IMG/VR virus record: IMGVR_UViG_3300017757_000006
Location: 1-59,275 of that record
Length of the DNA stretch: 59,275 bases
Origin: a virus
Taxonomy: Duplodnaviria > Caudoviricetes
Direction: 5' to 3' (one strand)
Part shown: positions 27,204 to 36,682 of the stretch, one piece after another
How positions within the stretch are numbered: the stretch's first letter is position 1
Layout: each line of letters begins with the position of its first letter
Program-made: the position numbers and the translations under genes
Notes under the pieces: generated by a model
Seen by the model: the letters and a program-made list of their open reading frames with translations, nothing else
Database searches by the model: none
What the model was told of the DNA's origin: nothing

Positions 27204-29734
27204 CCAAAAAAGTCCTCAAGTGTTGTTTGTGTCCCATATGAACGGTCAATGTTCCATCCAATCTGGTTCATAATAAATGTCAATGGTTCTACAAACGCTT
27301 TCTCATACTGTAGATCATAGTCGATATAACGATGAATGTCAAGTTCTTTTGGTAATTTAGTTATAAAGGATATCACATTAGAAGACATAGGGTTTGGTGT
27401 TCGCATGTTGATAAACTTGATCTTCTCACCTTCTTGAATAAGAGGATACTTGTTTGTCAACTTTTTCTGTTTACAGAAGTGATTGTATAACAATGCACCT
27501 TTACAATGCATAGGTACACCTTTAGAGAAAATACTAGAACTACTAGTCCACTTCTTTAGTCCATTCACTGAACGAGGAAATGCAATCTCTTCTGGTGGAA
27601 GTTTCATAAACTCTTCACGAAAGTCTTGGATAAAGTTGTTTACATCTTTCTCTGTACCAGACATAATAATCTTTAGACATTCTTTAATCTTGTCACGACA
27701 TGGGGCAGGCGTAGAAGACTTGACTGCCTCAATACCCATAATCTTCAGAGAGGGTTCGTGATAACGTACACCCTCAACATCCCATGCATTTAGAATGTAT
27801 CTTTTCTTTGCAGTCCAGATGCCTTTGTCAGCGATAACTTCACGTTTCATTTGCATCTTCTGGTCGAATGCATTTACATAAGTAGCAAGATCTTGATAAC
27901 TCTTATCAATAAAAGGTTCAATTTTCTCTTGAGCAATTCTATCAAGGAAATCCACCGCCCTCCCACGATACGCACTCTCCGACTCATCTGTTCTCTTCGG
28001 TAGCACTTTATTAATAAGCTCGTCAAACCTAATGTATACTGAATCCGTATCCGATGCAATAACATAATCAACTCCTTCACTCTTCAATAGTTTATTTAAG
28101 TAACCATTCAGTGCTTGTTCAATCCACCGAATAGATAATTGTCCAGAAGTAGTAATACCTTCTGCAATACGCAAGTCATAGTATCTGAACCATTCGTTAC
28201 CAATCGCACCATAAGCAGAGTTCAAGGAAATCTTTCTTGCCATCTGGATGTTTTGATAACGAGACACATCATTGAGATACTTTGGATCTTTCGTATCTTC
28301 GTATTGTTGTTTTGCAGTCAACATCTTTTTCTTGTAGATAGTACGGTCATTGTACATCTCTTGCATCATATCAGGCAAGAATCCCTGTTGTTTGGTTCTG
28401 AACAACGCACCATTTGGTGTACAGGTAACAGATGCTGGTTTCAGTGGAGATAAGTCGTGTTGTTTTTGCAACAACTCATCAACAGATTTGTCAGAATCAA
28501 ATCCCATAGTTTTGGGAAGAAGTGTTTCTGGGGAAATGTTGTATTGCATAATCAAGTGTGGATACAGAGAGTTCAAGTCAAAAGACAGAACCCATTTGTG
28601 TTCTCCCACTTGTGGATCTTTTACATATGCACCAATATACTTCTCACCCTTAGACTCGTTACTGCGTTTCTGAGGGATAACGATTTTACGTTTGAGTAGG
28701 TGATTGTAAATTAGTACGTCCCAATACTTCACGGATGTGAATGCATCAGACATGTTGACTTTCGCCTCATACGTCATAGTAAGAAGCAGGTCAATCAGTT
28801 TCATCTTGTCATCTAGTCTATCGACTAGTTCAACGTCCATGATGTTATAGTCGATAAAGGATTGATAGTCTTTAGTGTACCAATCACGAAATGTCTCATA
28901 TGGATTCTCATCCTTACGTTGTCCAAGTTCTACATGAGCGATATGGTCAAGACGATATGATTCTTGGTTTGAGTATGTAAACTTCTTGTACAATTGTAAG
29001 TAGTCGAGATTGTTTACACCCAAGATTTCATATACTTGATCTTTACGTCCAAACCCACTGTTCACCATACGAGCGCTTACAACACCCCAAGGAGATAGAC
29101 GTTTCATTGCGTCTTCACCCATTTGGGAGTTGATACGATTACAGATGTAAGGTAAATCAAAGAACTCAGTATTCCAACCAGTAATGATATCTGGGTGGTC
29201 AGATTCCCACCAGTTTAGAAACCGAGCAAGTAGTTCACGTTCTGTAGGACAATGTATATACTCTACATCATCACGAGATGTTTTGTAGGGTTGCATACCC
29301 CATACAAGAAACGTGCCCTTGTTGTGATCTTTGACAGTGATAGACAGCATTGGTTCTGCTGCTTGGTCTGCATTAGGGAAACCATTCTCACATTCCACCT
29401 CAATATCAATCGTGACAATCTTGAGTTGTTTAGAATCAAACTCAATTTGTTTTGGATACGTTTCAGATAGATATGAGTATGGGAACTGATTCATTCCATA
29501 CACAAGATGCGGTTGAGACTGATACTGTTCTATAAATGCTTTCGCTTCCTTGATAGAAAGAAACTTCATTGGATTGACGTTTTTGTCATCCAAGGTTTTC
29601 CAACCAGTTTCTTTCTGAACAGGCACGAAAAGAGTGGGTTCATACTTCACTTTGAAGTTAGAACGAACCCCATTCTTTACTGCACGAACAAGAAGTTGAT
29701 TACCCCATTGGGCAACATGTGTGTAGAAATTCAA
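27200..29734 (-). CDS. gp43: family B DNA polymerase (T4 gp43-like)
   Basis: DIEVE, FDLPYI, SFDLNSLYPH, KISLNSAYG, SDTDS, KKRY; TTG start inferred. Confidence 0.97.
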   Translation of the reverse strand: MNFYTHVAQWGNQLLVRAVKNGVRSNFKVKYEPTLFVPVQKETGWKTLDDKNVNPMKFLSIKEAKAFIEQYQSQPHLVYGMNQFPYSYLSETYPKQIEFDSKQLKIVTIDIEVECENGFPNADQAAEPMLSITVKDHNKGTFLVWGMQPYKTSRDDVEYIHCPTERELLARFLNWWESDHPDIITGWNTEFFDLPYICNRINSQMGEDAMKRLSPWGVVSARMVNSGFGRKDQVYEILGVNNLDYLQLYKKFTYSNQESYRLDHIAHVELGQRKDENPYETFRDWYTKDYQSFIDYNIMDVELVDRLDDKMKLIDLLLTMTYEAKVNMSDAFTSVKYWDVLIYNHLLKRKIVIPQKRSNESKGEKYIGAYVKDPQVGEHKWVLSFDLNSLYPHLIMQYNISPETLLPKTMGFDSDKSVDELLQKQHDLSPLKPASVTCTPNGALFRTKQQGFLPDMMQEMYNDRTIYKKKMLTAKQQYEDTKDPKYLNDVSRYQNIQMARKISLNSAYGAIGNEWFRYYDLRIAEGITTSGQLSIRWIEQALNGYLNKLLKSEGVDYVIASDTDSVYIRFDELINKVLPKRTDESESAYRGRAVDFLDRIAQEKIEPFIDKSYQDLATYVNAFDQKMQMKREVIADKGIWTAKKRYILNAWDVEGVRYHEPSLKIMGIEAVKSSTPAPCRDKIKECLKIIMSGTEKDVNNFIQDFREEFMKLPPEEIAFPRSVNGLKKWTSSSSIFSKGVPMHCKGALLYNHFCKQKKLTNKYPLIQEGEKIKFINMRTPNPMSSNVISFITKLPKELDIHRYIDYDLQYEKAFVEPLTFIMNQIGWNIDRSYGTQTTLEDFFG

Positions 29735-29760
29735 AACATTTTTCCTTATCAATTAGATTC

Positions 29761-29789
29761 ATTATATACGTTTTAAGGGTAAATGTCAA
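29761..29789 (-). promoter_or_regulatory. consensus sigma70 promoter for gp43
   Basis: TTGACA-N17-TATAAT. Confidence 0.85.
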
Positions 29790-30019
29790 GAGAAAAGTGG
29801 CATTTGATCCTTTGGCGTTTCTGGGAAATATTTATCAACCATGTCGATAACATCTTGCCATTTAGCCATTTCCATTAACTCATGTTCTACTGCTTGAGAG
29901 ATATCTGAGTGTTCTCCGATACCAGCGGGATTCTTCATGTAAATCATTACGTTTACTTGATGCATTGCAATCTGTGCCTGAGCATGTCCCTTCACAGCAT
30001 TAAGAATATCATTGTTCAT
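29786..30019 (-). CDS. conserved hypothetical protein
   Basis: NPAGIGEHSDI motif; between regA and gp43. Confidence 0.7.
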   Translation of the reverse strand: MNNDILNAVKGHAQAQIAMHQVNVMIYMKNPAGIGEHSDISQAVEHELMEMAKWQDVIDMVDKYFPETPKDQMPLFS

Positions 30020-30035
30020 TGTTTCGCCTTTCATT

Positions 30036-30440
30036 TTATAGTTCTCGTTTCTTACCGATATTGTATTTTGTTTCCAAATCCCATTCGTTCTTTTCCTTAA
30101 AGGAAATAACTTTTATTTGGGACAGTGGTGCTTTCGGTTCAGTATCACCAATTATTTCAATCAACCCCCAATCACTCAAAAGAACTGATATTGAGTTCCT
30201 ACGAGATATATCATTCTCAGTTATGTTTGTCTCCTTACCATCAAGGGCAAACAGTTCCTTAAAATGCACAATGTAATACCTACCTTGTTTATGTAGGATA
30301 TGACATGATTGGTATAGTTTTCTCTCTTTACGAGATGCGACACCTATTCTTGATAGTGTCTCACGAACCTTTAAGAAGTCATCAGGTTCTTTTAGTTTTA
30401 CTTCTAGCATCTTATCTGGATGCCATTCAATTTCTTCCAT
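30036..30440 (-). CDS. regA: translational repressor RegA
   Basis: DDFLKVRETLSRIG, LYQSCHILHKQG, VHFKELF. Confidence 0.95.
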   Translation of the reverse strand: MEEIEWHPDKMLEVKLKEPDDFLKVRETLSRIGVASRKERKLYQSCHILHKQGRYYIVHFKELFALDGKETNITENDISRRNSISVLLSDWGLIEIIGDTEPKAPLSQIKVISFKEKNEWDLETKYNIGKKREL

Positions 30441-30825
30441 TTCTTCCACCTTTATTCAAACTATCTTTGATAGTCGTTATCTGTTCATTATTAAGTACGG
30501 AAAGAGCGACCTTTGCCTTTTCATTACTATAACCATAATACTCTTTAACATACTCTAAATCTTCCAACTTTTCTGCCTTTACCCAAGGCGCAAATCGCTT
30601 TTTCGATCTAATAGTATTTAGTAAAAAGTCATATTGAAGCTTTGCGTCAAGGTGGTGACGCATGTTCAACTCATTAACGAACATAATGGTATCATTGAAT
30701 GCACCCAAACATCTGTTTACAACATATGCTGGATACTTCTTCTCCCACATAGGATCATCTGAATCCATCAGATTTTCCTTAGTGTGGTTGATTGAATTGA
30801 GATAATGTTTTAGTTCATAACTCAT
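30427..30825 (-). CDS. gp62: clamp loader small subunit
   Basis: YLNSIN, QYDFL, KRFAPW, VKEYYGYS. Confidence 0.9.
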   Translation of the reverse strand: MSYELKHYLNSINHTKENLMDSDDPMWEKKYPAYVVNRCLGAFNDTIMFVNELNMRHHLDAKLQYDFLLNTIRSKKRFAPWVKAEKLEDLEYVKEYYGYSNEKAKVALSVLNNEQITTIKDSLNKGGRNGRN

Positions 30826-31760
30826 TTGAACTGCACCTGTGACATAATCTCAATCATAAACGCTTGCATGTTTATTTCTTGATCTGCAACAAATGCTGAT
30901 TTGTATTGATAGTCAGCAACCGACATAACCATGTGTGGTATTGTTTGTGGTTGAACACTATCATACAATGTATCATAAATTTTACGATACAGTTGTGAAG
31001 GGTCGTTGTCTAGATTATTTGCAACCCAAGAACGAATAGACTTGAAGTCTTTTGCCTTGAGATGTGTAGTCAACTCCTTCATATTTGATTCTGATATATT
31101 GACAAGTATTCCAGTGTCAATCATTCCAGAAGCAGAATATCTTTGCAGTTCATTCAAAACTCTACGCCAGTCTGGGAAGTGTTTCATTACCAGTTCTTGT
31201 ACAACTTTTGGTTGATACTGAACATTCTCTGCAAGGAGAATATCCTGTACACGTTTGTAAAATTCACCAGCAAGTTTTGGTTTACTAGAGTTTGGAATGT
31301 TGAATACAACACCCGAACATCTACTATGCAAAGGTTCGATAATCCTGTTCTTAAAGTTACAGGTAAGAATGAATCCACAGTTCTTGTGAAACTCCTCAAT
31401 AAACCCACGCAACGCTGGTTGTGTAGATTGTGGATTGAGATAGTCTGCCTCATCAAGAATTACAAACTTGCGATTACCATCCATAGAGACAGTACTTGCA
31501 AAGTTCTTAATCTTGTTTCTCAGCACATCAATACCCGATTCTTCTGAACCGTTGATTAACATATATGTAGCACCGATTTCGTCAAGCATTGCTTTTGCAA
31601 CAGTTGTCTTACCGACACCAGCTCCACCAGACAATAGTAGATTAGGAATGTGTCCATCATCTACAAACTGTTGGAAAGTCTTCTTCAAATCATCAGTAAG
31701 AACACACTCACTGATTGTACTAGGGCGGTATTTCTCCACCCATAACATCACATCATTCAT
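30822..31760 (-). CDS. gp44: clamp loader large subunit
   Basis: WVEKYRP, GVGKTT, ILDEAD, LHSRC. Confidence 0.95.
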   Translation of the reverse strand: MNDVMLWVEKYRPSTISECVLTDDLKKTFQQFVDDGHIPNLLLSGGAGVGKTTVAKAMLDEIGATYMLINGSEESGIDVLRNKIKNFASTVSMDGNRKFVILDEADYLNPQSTQPALRGFIEEFHKNCGFILTCNFKNRIIEPLHSRCSGVVFNIPNSSKPKLAGEFYKRVQDILLAENVQYQPKVVQELVMKHFPDWRRVLNELQRYSASGMIDTGILVNISESNMKELTTHLKAKDFKSIRSWVANNLDNDPSQLYRKIYDTLYDSVQPQTIPHMVMSVADYQYKSAFVADQEINMQAFMIEIMSQVQFK

Positions 31761-31777
31761 AATATATTTCCTCTGGT

Positions 31778-32440
31778 TTAGGATGCTTCTAGAGCAATAA
31801 AGTATTCAATTGGTTTTGCAACATTGTTAAAATGTGAAATCCCTTTTGAAGATACTTCAACCTTGTAATCACCAGAGAGAAGTTTTAGATTTTCAACTTT
31901 GAAATAGTATGTGAAATCACTAGGTGCATTCTCACCAACCTTGATTGCAAAATCGTTTGAAGTTTCATTCTTACGATCAGTTACAGTCAGATTAATATCA
32001 CCACCAGCAGTACCCTTTAGTACTACATCAGGAACACCAAGTACGGCAGATGCCTTTTGGATTTGATTAAATGTATCTTGTGTGAAAGTAAACTCTACAT
32101 CCACAGAAGGCATTGTAATCTCAGTCTTTGGTGTAGTCACCACAGAAGGGTCACTAAAGAAGTAATTCAAAGAACTACCACCACCCTCTTCATTCAGTTT
32201 TACAGACTTATCTGCAAAGTCCAATGTTGGACTCTTGAATAATGAAAGTGCAGACAAGAATTCGTTCAAGTCATAGATTGCAAACTCATCATTGAATGTA
32301 TCTGGAATAGTTGCCTTTGCAACAATGTTTTTCATTGCAGACATTGTATTAATAGTATTACCAGACTTCACCAGAAGGTTTTGGTTAATGGTTGAGAAGT
32401 TCTTGAGAACATCTCTCGTGTCGCCGCTTAATTGCATCAT
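31778..32440 (-). CDS. gp45: sliding clamp
   Basis: LKNFSTINQ, AIYDLNEFL, YFIALE. Confidence 0.95.
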   Translation of the reverse strand: MMQLSGDTRDVLKNFSTINQNLLVKSGNTINTMSAMKNIVAKATIPDTFNDEFAIYDLNEFLSALSLFKSPTLDFADKSVKLNEEGGGSSLNYFFSDPSVVTTPKTEITMPSVDVEFTFTQDTFNQIQKASAVLGVPDVVLKGTAGGDINLTVTDRKNETSNDFAIKVGENAPSDFTYYFKVENLKLLSGDYKVEVSSKGISHFNNVAKPIEYFIALEAS

Positions 32441-32443
32441 AAT

Positions 32444-32719
32444 TTATTTCTCCATTGTATCGTGATTATGTAGAGCCATTATACCATAATGGATCACCTT
32501 TAGCAAGTCATTTCTGTTCTTACCATCTTTTTTTCCGTACCGTTGACTATACTTGAGTATATTGCCGATACAAAAACCTTCGCCATGTCCAGAATCCATA
32601 ATGAATTCGGTGGCTTGAAACTTGTTGTGGGAATAGTGAGCAGCATAGGTTTTGTCTATGTACTCTTGTAATTCTTTCAGAATAGTGTCTTCTGAATATT
32701 TGTAGTCTATCTTTTTCAA
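32444..32719 (-). CDS. DUF3310-like conserved protein
   Basis: TY..HY, GFCIGNILKYSQRYGKK, DLLKVIHY. Confidence 0.75.
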   Translation of the reverse strand: MKKIDYKYSEDTILKELQEYIDKTYAAHYSHNKFQATEFIMDSGHGEGFCIGNILKYSQRYGKKDGKNRNDLLKVIHYGIMALHNHDTMEK

Positions 32720-32740
32720 TTAATACATCCTATAAAGTTG

Positions 32741-32763
32741 GGTAGGGGGGCGAACCCCCCACC
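32741..32763 (-). other. GC-rich UUCG hairpin without U-tract (stabiliser or processing site)
   Basis: Minus GGTGGGGGG-TTCG-CCCCCCTACC. Confidence 0.6.
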
Positions 32764-32773
32764 GCAGTTTCGA

Positions 32774-33037
32774 TTAGCTAGAGTAAGAGTAATCAGAACC
32801 AGTAACCGCTTTCAAACCAGCAGCGATAACACCTTTCGATGGTTCGCCGAGTCTGTATGCAGTTTTGCCTTGGAATTTATTTACATAAATGCAATTACCT
32901 TCACTTCTAAGCGTATCAATCATCGCTCTTGGTGATGTCAAATCAAGTTTAGCTCTGAGAGTATCCCATGTTACATTCTTCCCTGTAGAAAGAAGTCTCA
33001 TAGTTTTTTCTCTTTTTGTTAGTGCTTTTCTGCCCAT
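32774..33037 (-). CDS. small winged-helix-like DNA-binding protein
   Basis: LLSTGKNVTW...SPRAMIDTLRSEG...YRLGEP. Confidence 0.6.
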   Translation of the reverse strand: MGRKALTKREKTMRLLSTGKNVTWDTLRAKLDLTSPRAMIDTLRSEGNCIYVNKFQGKTAYRLGEPSKGVIAAGLKAVTGSDYSYSS

Positions 33038-33091
33038 ATTATCTCCATTATCATATTTTATTCAAATCACCATTATTGATGATTAGATTAT

Positions 33092-33120
33092 AGTATACCC
33101 TATTTCTAGGGCAATGTCAA
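33092..33120 (-). promoter_or_regulatory. sigma70-type promoter with CCCTA-N4-TAGGG inverted repeat in spacer
   Basis: TTGACA TTGCCCTAGAAATAGGG TATACT. Confidence 0.75.
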
Positions 33121-33125
33121 TAGAT

Positions 33126-33557
33126 TTATTTAATTTCAATAGTACGAGGTTTCTTATCCTCTGGGATAACTCGTTCCATTGCAATAGATAAAATTCCATT
33201 CTTCATGTTTGCTTCTTTCACAACAACATCATCCGACAGCGTGAATGCACGCTTAAATGAACGAGCAGAAATTCCTTTGTGTAGGTATTCTGTATCATCC
33301 GTTTCCGATGTTTTCAAATCAATCGAACTAATGTTCAATCTATTTTCAGACATACGAACTTCAACATCTTTTTTAGAAAAGCCTGCAACTGCTACTTCAA
33401 TAAGAAATTCAGTATCAGACTTCTTGATAATGTTGTATGGGGGATAGTTGGTTTGTTGTGTAAAGCTTGACGCTGTGGTCAGACTATCGAACATTCTATC
33501 GAAACCGATAGAGTAAGTATTGATCCTTGATGGATCAAGTGATGCGTAATTTACCAT
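33126..33557 (-). CDS. small heat-shock protein (Hsp20/IbpA-like)
   Basis: IGFD, YPPYNI, IEVAVAGF, YLHKGISARSF, NGIL, PEDKKPR. Confidence 0.95.
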   Translation of the reverse strand: MVNYASLDPSRINTYSIGFDRMFDSLTTASSFTQQTNYPPYNIIKKSDTEFLIEVAVAGFSKKDVEVRMSENRLNISSIDLKTSETDDTEYLHKGISARSFKRAFTLSDDVVVKEANMKNGILSIAMERVIPEDKKPRTIEIK

Positions 33558-33562
33558 TTTTT

Positions 33563-33614
33563 TCTCCTTTAATTAAGCAAGATAAATTGTGATACCCGAT
33601 TATCGGCATATCAC
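33563..33614 (-). ncRNA. ROSE-like RNA thermometer in the hsp20 5' UTR
   Basis: 5' hairpin GTGATATGCCGAT-A-ATCGGGTATCAC; 3' hairpin UCUUGCUU-AAUUA-AAGGAGA with bulged G opposite the SD. Confidence 0.8.
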
Positions 33615-33620
33615 TACTAT

Positions 33621-33648
33621 ATATAAGGATTAGCAGGGGATTTTTCAA
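33621..33648 (-). promoter_or_regulatory. RpoH (sigma32)-type heat-shock promoter
   Basis: TTGAA-N16-CTTATAT just upstream of the ROSE element. Confidence 0.65.
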
Positions 33649-33667
33649 CCCCCCACCAATCTTTTTT

Positions 33668-34627
33668 TTATGCCGCTTCGGCATACTCAAGTGCTTTATC
33701 CAAAGCGTTGAGTTTCACTTTACGGTTACGTCCGTACCAAGCAGATTGTAATCTACCATCATTTGAACGTCCCTGTAAGTGGTCTGTCATGTTGGTGACA
33801 GAGTTGAATGCAGTCCACCATGTACCCTGAGCAAACTCAGCGCCAGGTTGTACATTCAAGTTCTCAAAAGCAAGTTTTGAGTTGCGAGAAGTAAAGGGCA
33901 GGACACCTTCTACTTTCTCTTTTGCAGGCGCACCGAATACTTCATTGAAGTATTGAATAACATTCTCGCCGGTTGCCTTTTTAGAACCAAGGAACGCAGC
34001 CATTGATTTGTACTGTTCCATCTTCTCACGAGCAATACCCATCTGTTCTTTTACTTCAGCAGGGTCAAATGCCTTACGGTGATTTACCGTAACCATTCTA
34101 TCTGCATTCTGTGATAGAGACAGTGTTAGAGTATTGTTACATACCACACGAATTGGTGTCATACGAATATTAATCGCCTTACCAAACTGGTGTGGATTAG
34201 TGAACAAGAAGTAGTTGTCAGTGACATCACCCTTGAATAATTCAAAAGACTCTTTTGTTTTTGCAAGAGCCCACACCATCTGTCCATCTTTCAATGAACC
34301 AGCAGTGTGCATCTCCATGTCACCAGACATGCAGTACTCGTGGAAAAACTCAAACGCTTCTGAGTTCTGTACTGGATTCCAACCAGTACCAACAACATCT
34401 AATACAGAGTTGTCAGAGGTACGAACAAGCGCCTCTTTGTTTTTGATAGGAACACCTGTTGCAGTAACAAGTGGTTGTTTCTCTACTGTCCAATCAAGTC
34501 CAGCAACCTTTTGGAACTGGTCTGGTGTCAACTCTCGTTCTACCAAAGTACCTAGTCCATGCCAAGGAAGTTCCCCAACATACGCCATTTGCGCTTTTCC
34601 GTCAATCATTTCAAGTTCATGTGCCAT
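33668..34627 (-). CDS. DUF932 phage/plasmid-like protein
   Basis: PWHGLG, AGLDWTV, VQNSEAF, TAGSL, TPIRVVCNNTL, GTWWTAFNSVT..DH. Confidence 0.9.
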   Translation of the reverse strand: MAHELEMIDGKAQMAYVGELPWHGLGTLVERELTPDQFQKVAGLDWTVEKQPLVTATGVPIKNKEALVRTSDNSVLDVVGTGWNPVQNSEAFEFFHEYCMSGDMEMHTAGSLKDGQMVWALAKTKESFELFKGDVTDNYFLFTNPHQFGKAINIRMTPIRVVCNNTLTLSLSQNADRMVTVNHRKAFDPAEVKEQMGIAREKMEQYKSMAAFLGSKKATGENVIQYFNEVFGAPAKEKVEGVLPFTSRNSKLAFENLNVQPGAEFAQGTWWTAFNSVTNMTDHLQGRSNDGRLQSAWYGRNRKVKLNALDKALEYAEAA

Positions 34628-34670
34628 TATATATCTCTCCTAGAGTGGTTTTTTTCAATCTTACCTATAC

Positions 34671-34699
34671 AGTATACGTTGTTTTCATAACAAAGTCAA
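34671..34699 (-). promoter_or_regulatory. sigma70-type early promoter with TGTT-N5-AACA
   Basis: TTGACT TTGTTATGAAAACAACG TATACT. Confidence 0.8.
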
Positions 34700-34766
34700 G
34701 AGGTTTTTGAAACTTTTTTGACTTTTTTTCATATTTCTGTGGTTGGTTTCTCATCATTACCTATAC

Positions 34767-34795
34767 AGTATACCTGTTCTTAGAACAAATGTCAA
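34767..34795 (-). promoter_or_regulatory. sigma70-type early promoter with TGTT-N5-AACA (tandem copy)
   Basis: TTGACA TTTGTTCTAAGAACAGG TATACT. Confidence 0.8.
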
Positions 34796-34802
34796 GAGGT
34801 TT

Positions 34803-34961
34803 TTACCAGTTTTTTATGTTTCCGGCAATAATAACAAAACAAGTTATGAAGTTAACGACTACAATGATTGTTCTTATCATAGCAATCTTGTCAGCTTCAC
34901 AATCATTTGCACCCTCTTTTTCACCTATAGCTTTAGCCCATAGTCGCCATACTTTTTTCAT
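34803..34961 (-). CDS. 52-aa membrane protein (not in ORF track)
   Basis: MKKVWRLWAKAIGEK...ADKIAMIRTIIVVVNFITCFVIIAGNIKNW*. Confidence 0.75.
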   Translation of the reverse strand: MKKVWRLWAKAIGEKEGANDCEADKIAMIRTIIVVVNFITCFVIIAGNIKNW

Positions 34962-34972
34962 AGAATATACTC

Positions 34973-36682
34973 TTATGTCACTAAGTGACTAAAGTTCTTC
35001 TCTTTCTTGAATTGAACAACACTTCTAAACTTATCGAATAGCATATCTTGTTTGTGGGAAATGACGAACACGTTCTGGTCTGAGAACGTATCTAGGATTT
35101 TGAGGAAGTCATCTGTACCAGAACCATCTAATGATGAATCAAAGATTTCATCAAGGATTAGTAGATTGGTGTTAGTAGAGTTCTTCATCTTTGCGATTGC
35201 ACGCCATGTGAATAGTAGTGCAAGGTCGATACGCATCTTCTCACCTTCAGAGAATGATGCATAGGAAAACTCATCACGAAAGCGTGACTTGATAGTTTCA
35301 TTAAAGTTCTCATCCAAGTTAAACTGTACATAAAAATCCATAGAGGATAAGTATGTATTGACTAGCTTGTTCATAATAGGAAGGTATTGTTTTACTATCT
35401 TTGTTTTGATACCAGTGTCTTGTAATAGATTACGAGCAACATCAACATAGAATTTATCTTCATTTAACTTAGACTTCTGTTCTTCGATTAGTTTAATCTG
35501 TCCTTTAAGTTCGGCAAGTTTTACTTTATCATCATCAGACACAGAACCCTGTGTATAAGTTTCGATATCTTTTTGTAACTTTACATTAAACTTTTCTAAC
35601 TCATTTATAGAAGAACGAATCTTTGCAATCTCAACATCATGTTTTCTGAACGCTTCTAGATTTTCTCTAATTATTTCTAGTCGTTCTTGTTCTTCTCGTT
35701 CCATTCGCTTGGCGTCAGAGATTGCTTTGTCAAGTTCTCCAACTTTGGAGTTGCGAGTTGCAATCTGCGTCTGCTTTGTTGCATCCGTAATATCTTGCTC
35801 GCATGTCGGACATTCTGCGTTCTCCTCGAAAAAGTTAATCTGCCTTTCATATTCACCTCTTTTATTCTGTAGGGCTGATTCAGTTCTACTTAGTTTACGA
35901 ATTTTCTCTTCTAACTTAATCTTCTGTTCACTATCATATGACAGAGATGTCTTCGCTTTATCAAGCAAAACAATAGAGTCTTTTTTAGTTTTTATTGATT
36001 TTTCGTTACTAGTAATTTTAGACTTACTCTCTTCAATTATTGAAGATTTGTTTTCAATAACATCTTCTATAAACCTTTGTTGCAAAGATGCCTTTTCTTT
36101 TGTTAAGTCAAATTGCGCCTCAGTATTCCGTATGTTCTCATTTAGTTCTTTTGTTTGATTCTTCAATAGAAAGTTCATCAATGAAAAAATCTTAATATCT
36201 AGGATATCCTCAACAACCTCACGGCGGGCCTTAGTAGTAAGTTGCATGAATGGTACAAATGTAGAAGAACCTAGAATAACAACTTGTGTAAATGAACGAT
36301 AGTTTAGTCCCATAATTTGTTGTTCAAGATACTTCTGATAATCACGAGCATTTGCATCTTGGTTAATCATGTTACCATTAACGTAAACCTCAAACTTGTT
36401 AGGTTTAATGCCCCTAACAACCTTAACGTCCTTACCACTTACGTTAAACTCAACCTCAACAACAGAACCACCACCATTTACAGTGTTGACTAATTGTTTC
36501 TTGGAAATGTTTCTAAATGGTTTATTGAACAAACCAAAACACAATGCATCAAGAATGGTACTTTTACCAGCACCATTCTCACCAATAATTAATGTAGATG
36601 AACTTCTGTCCAACTGTATTTCTGTAAAGTTATTCCCTGTGGAAAGAAAGTTTTTCCACCGCACGAATCTAAATGTAATCAA
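34973..36682 (-). CDS. gp46: Rad50/SbcC-like recombination ATPase
   Basis: GENGAGKST, CPTC zinc hook, FSEGE, LILDE, ISH. Confidence 0.95.
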   Translation of the reverse strand: MITFRFVRWKNFLSTGNNFTEIQLDRSSSTLIIGENGAGKSTILDALCFGLFNKPFRNISKKQLVNTVNGGGSVVEVEFNVSGKDVKVVRGIKPNKFEVYVNGNMINQDANARDYQKYLEQQIMGLNYRSFTQVVILGSSTFVPFMQLTTKARREVVEDILDIKIFSLMNFLLKNQTKELNENIRNTEAQFDLTKEKASLQQRFIEDVIENKSSIIEESKSKITSNEKSIKTKKDSIVLLDKAKTSLSYDSEQKIKLEEKIRKLSRTESALQNKRGEYERQINFFEENAECPTCEQDITDATKQTQIATRNSKVGELDKAISDAKRMEREEQERLEIIRENLEAFRKHDVEIAKIRSSINELEKFNVKLQKDIETYTQGSVSDDDKVKLAELKGQIKLIEEQKSKLNEDKFYVDVARNLLQDTGIKTKIVKQYLPIMNKLVNTYLSSMDFYVQFNLDENFNETIKSRFRDEFSYASFSEGEKMRIDLALLFTWRAIAKMKNSTNTNLLILDEIFDSSLDGSGTDDFLKILDTFSDQNVFVISHKQDMLFDKFRSVVQFKKEKNFSHLVT

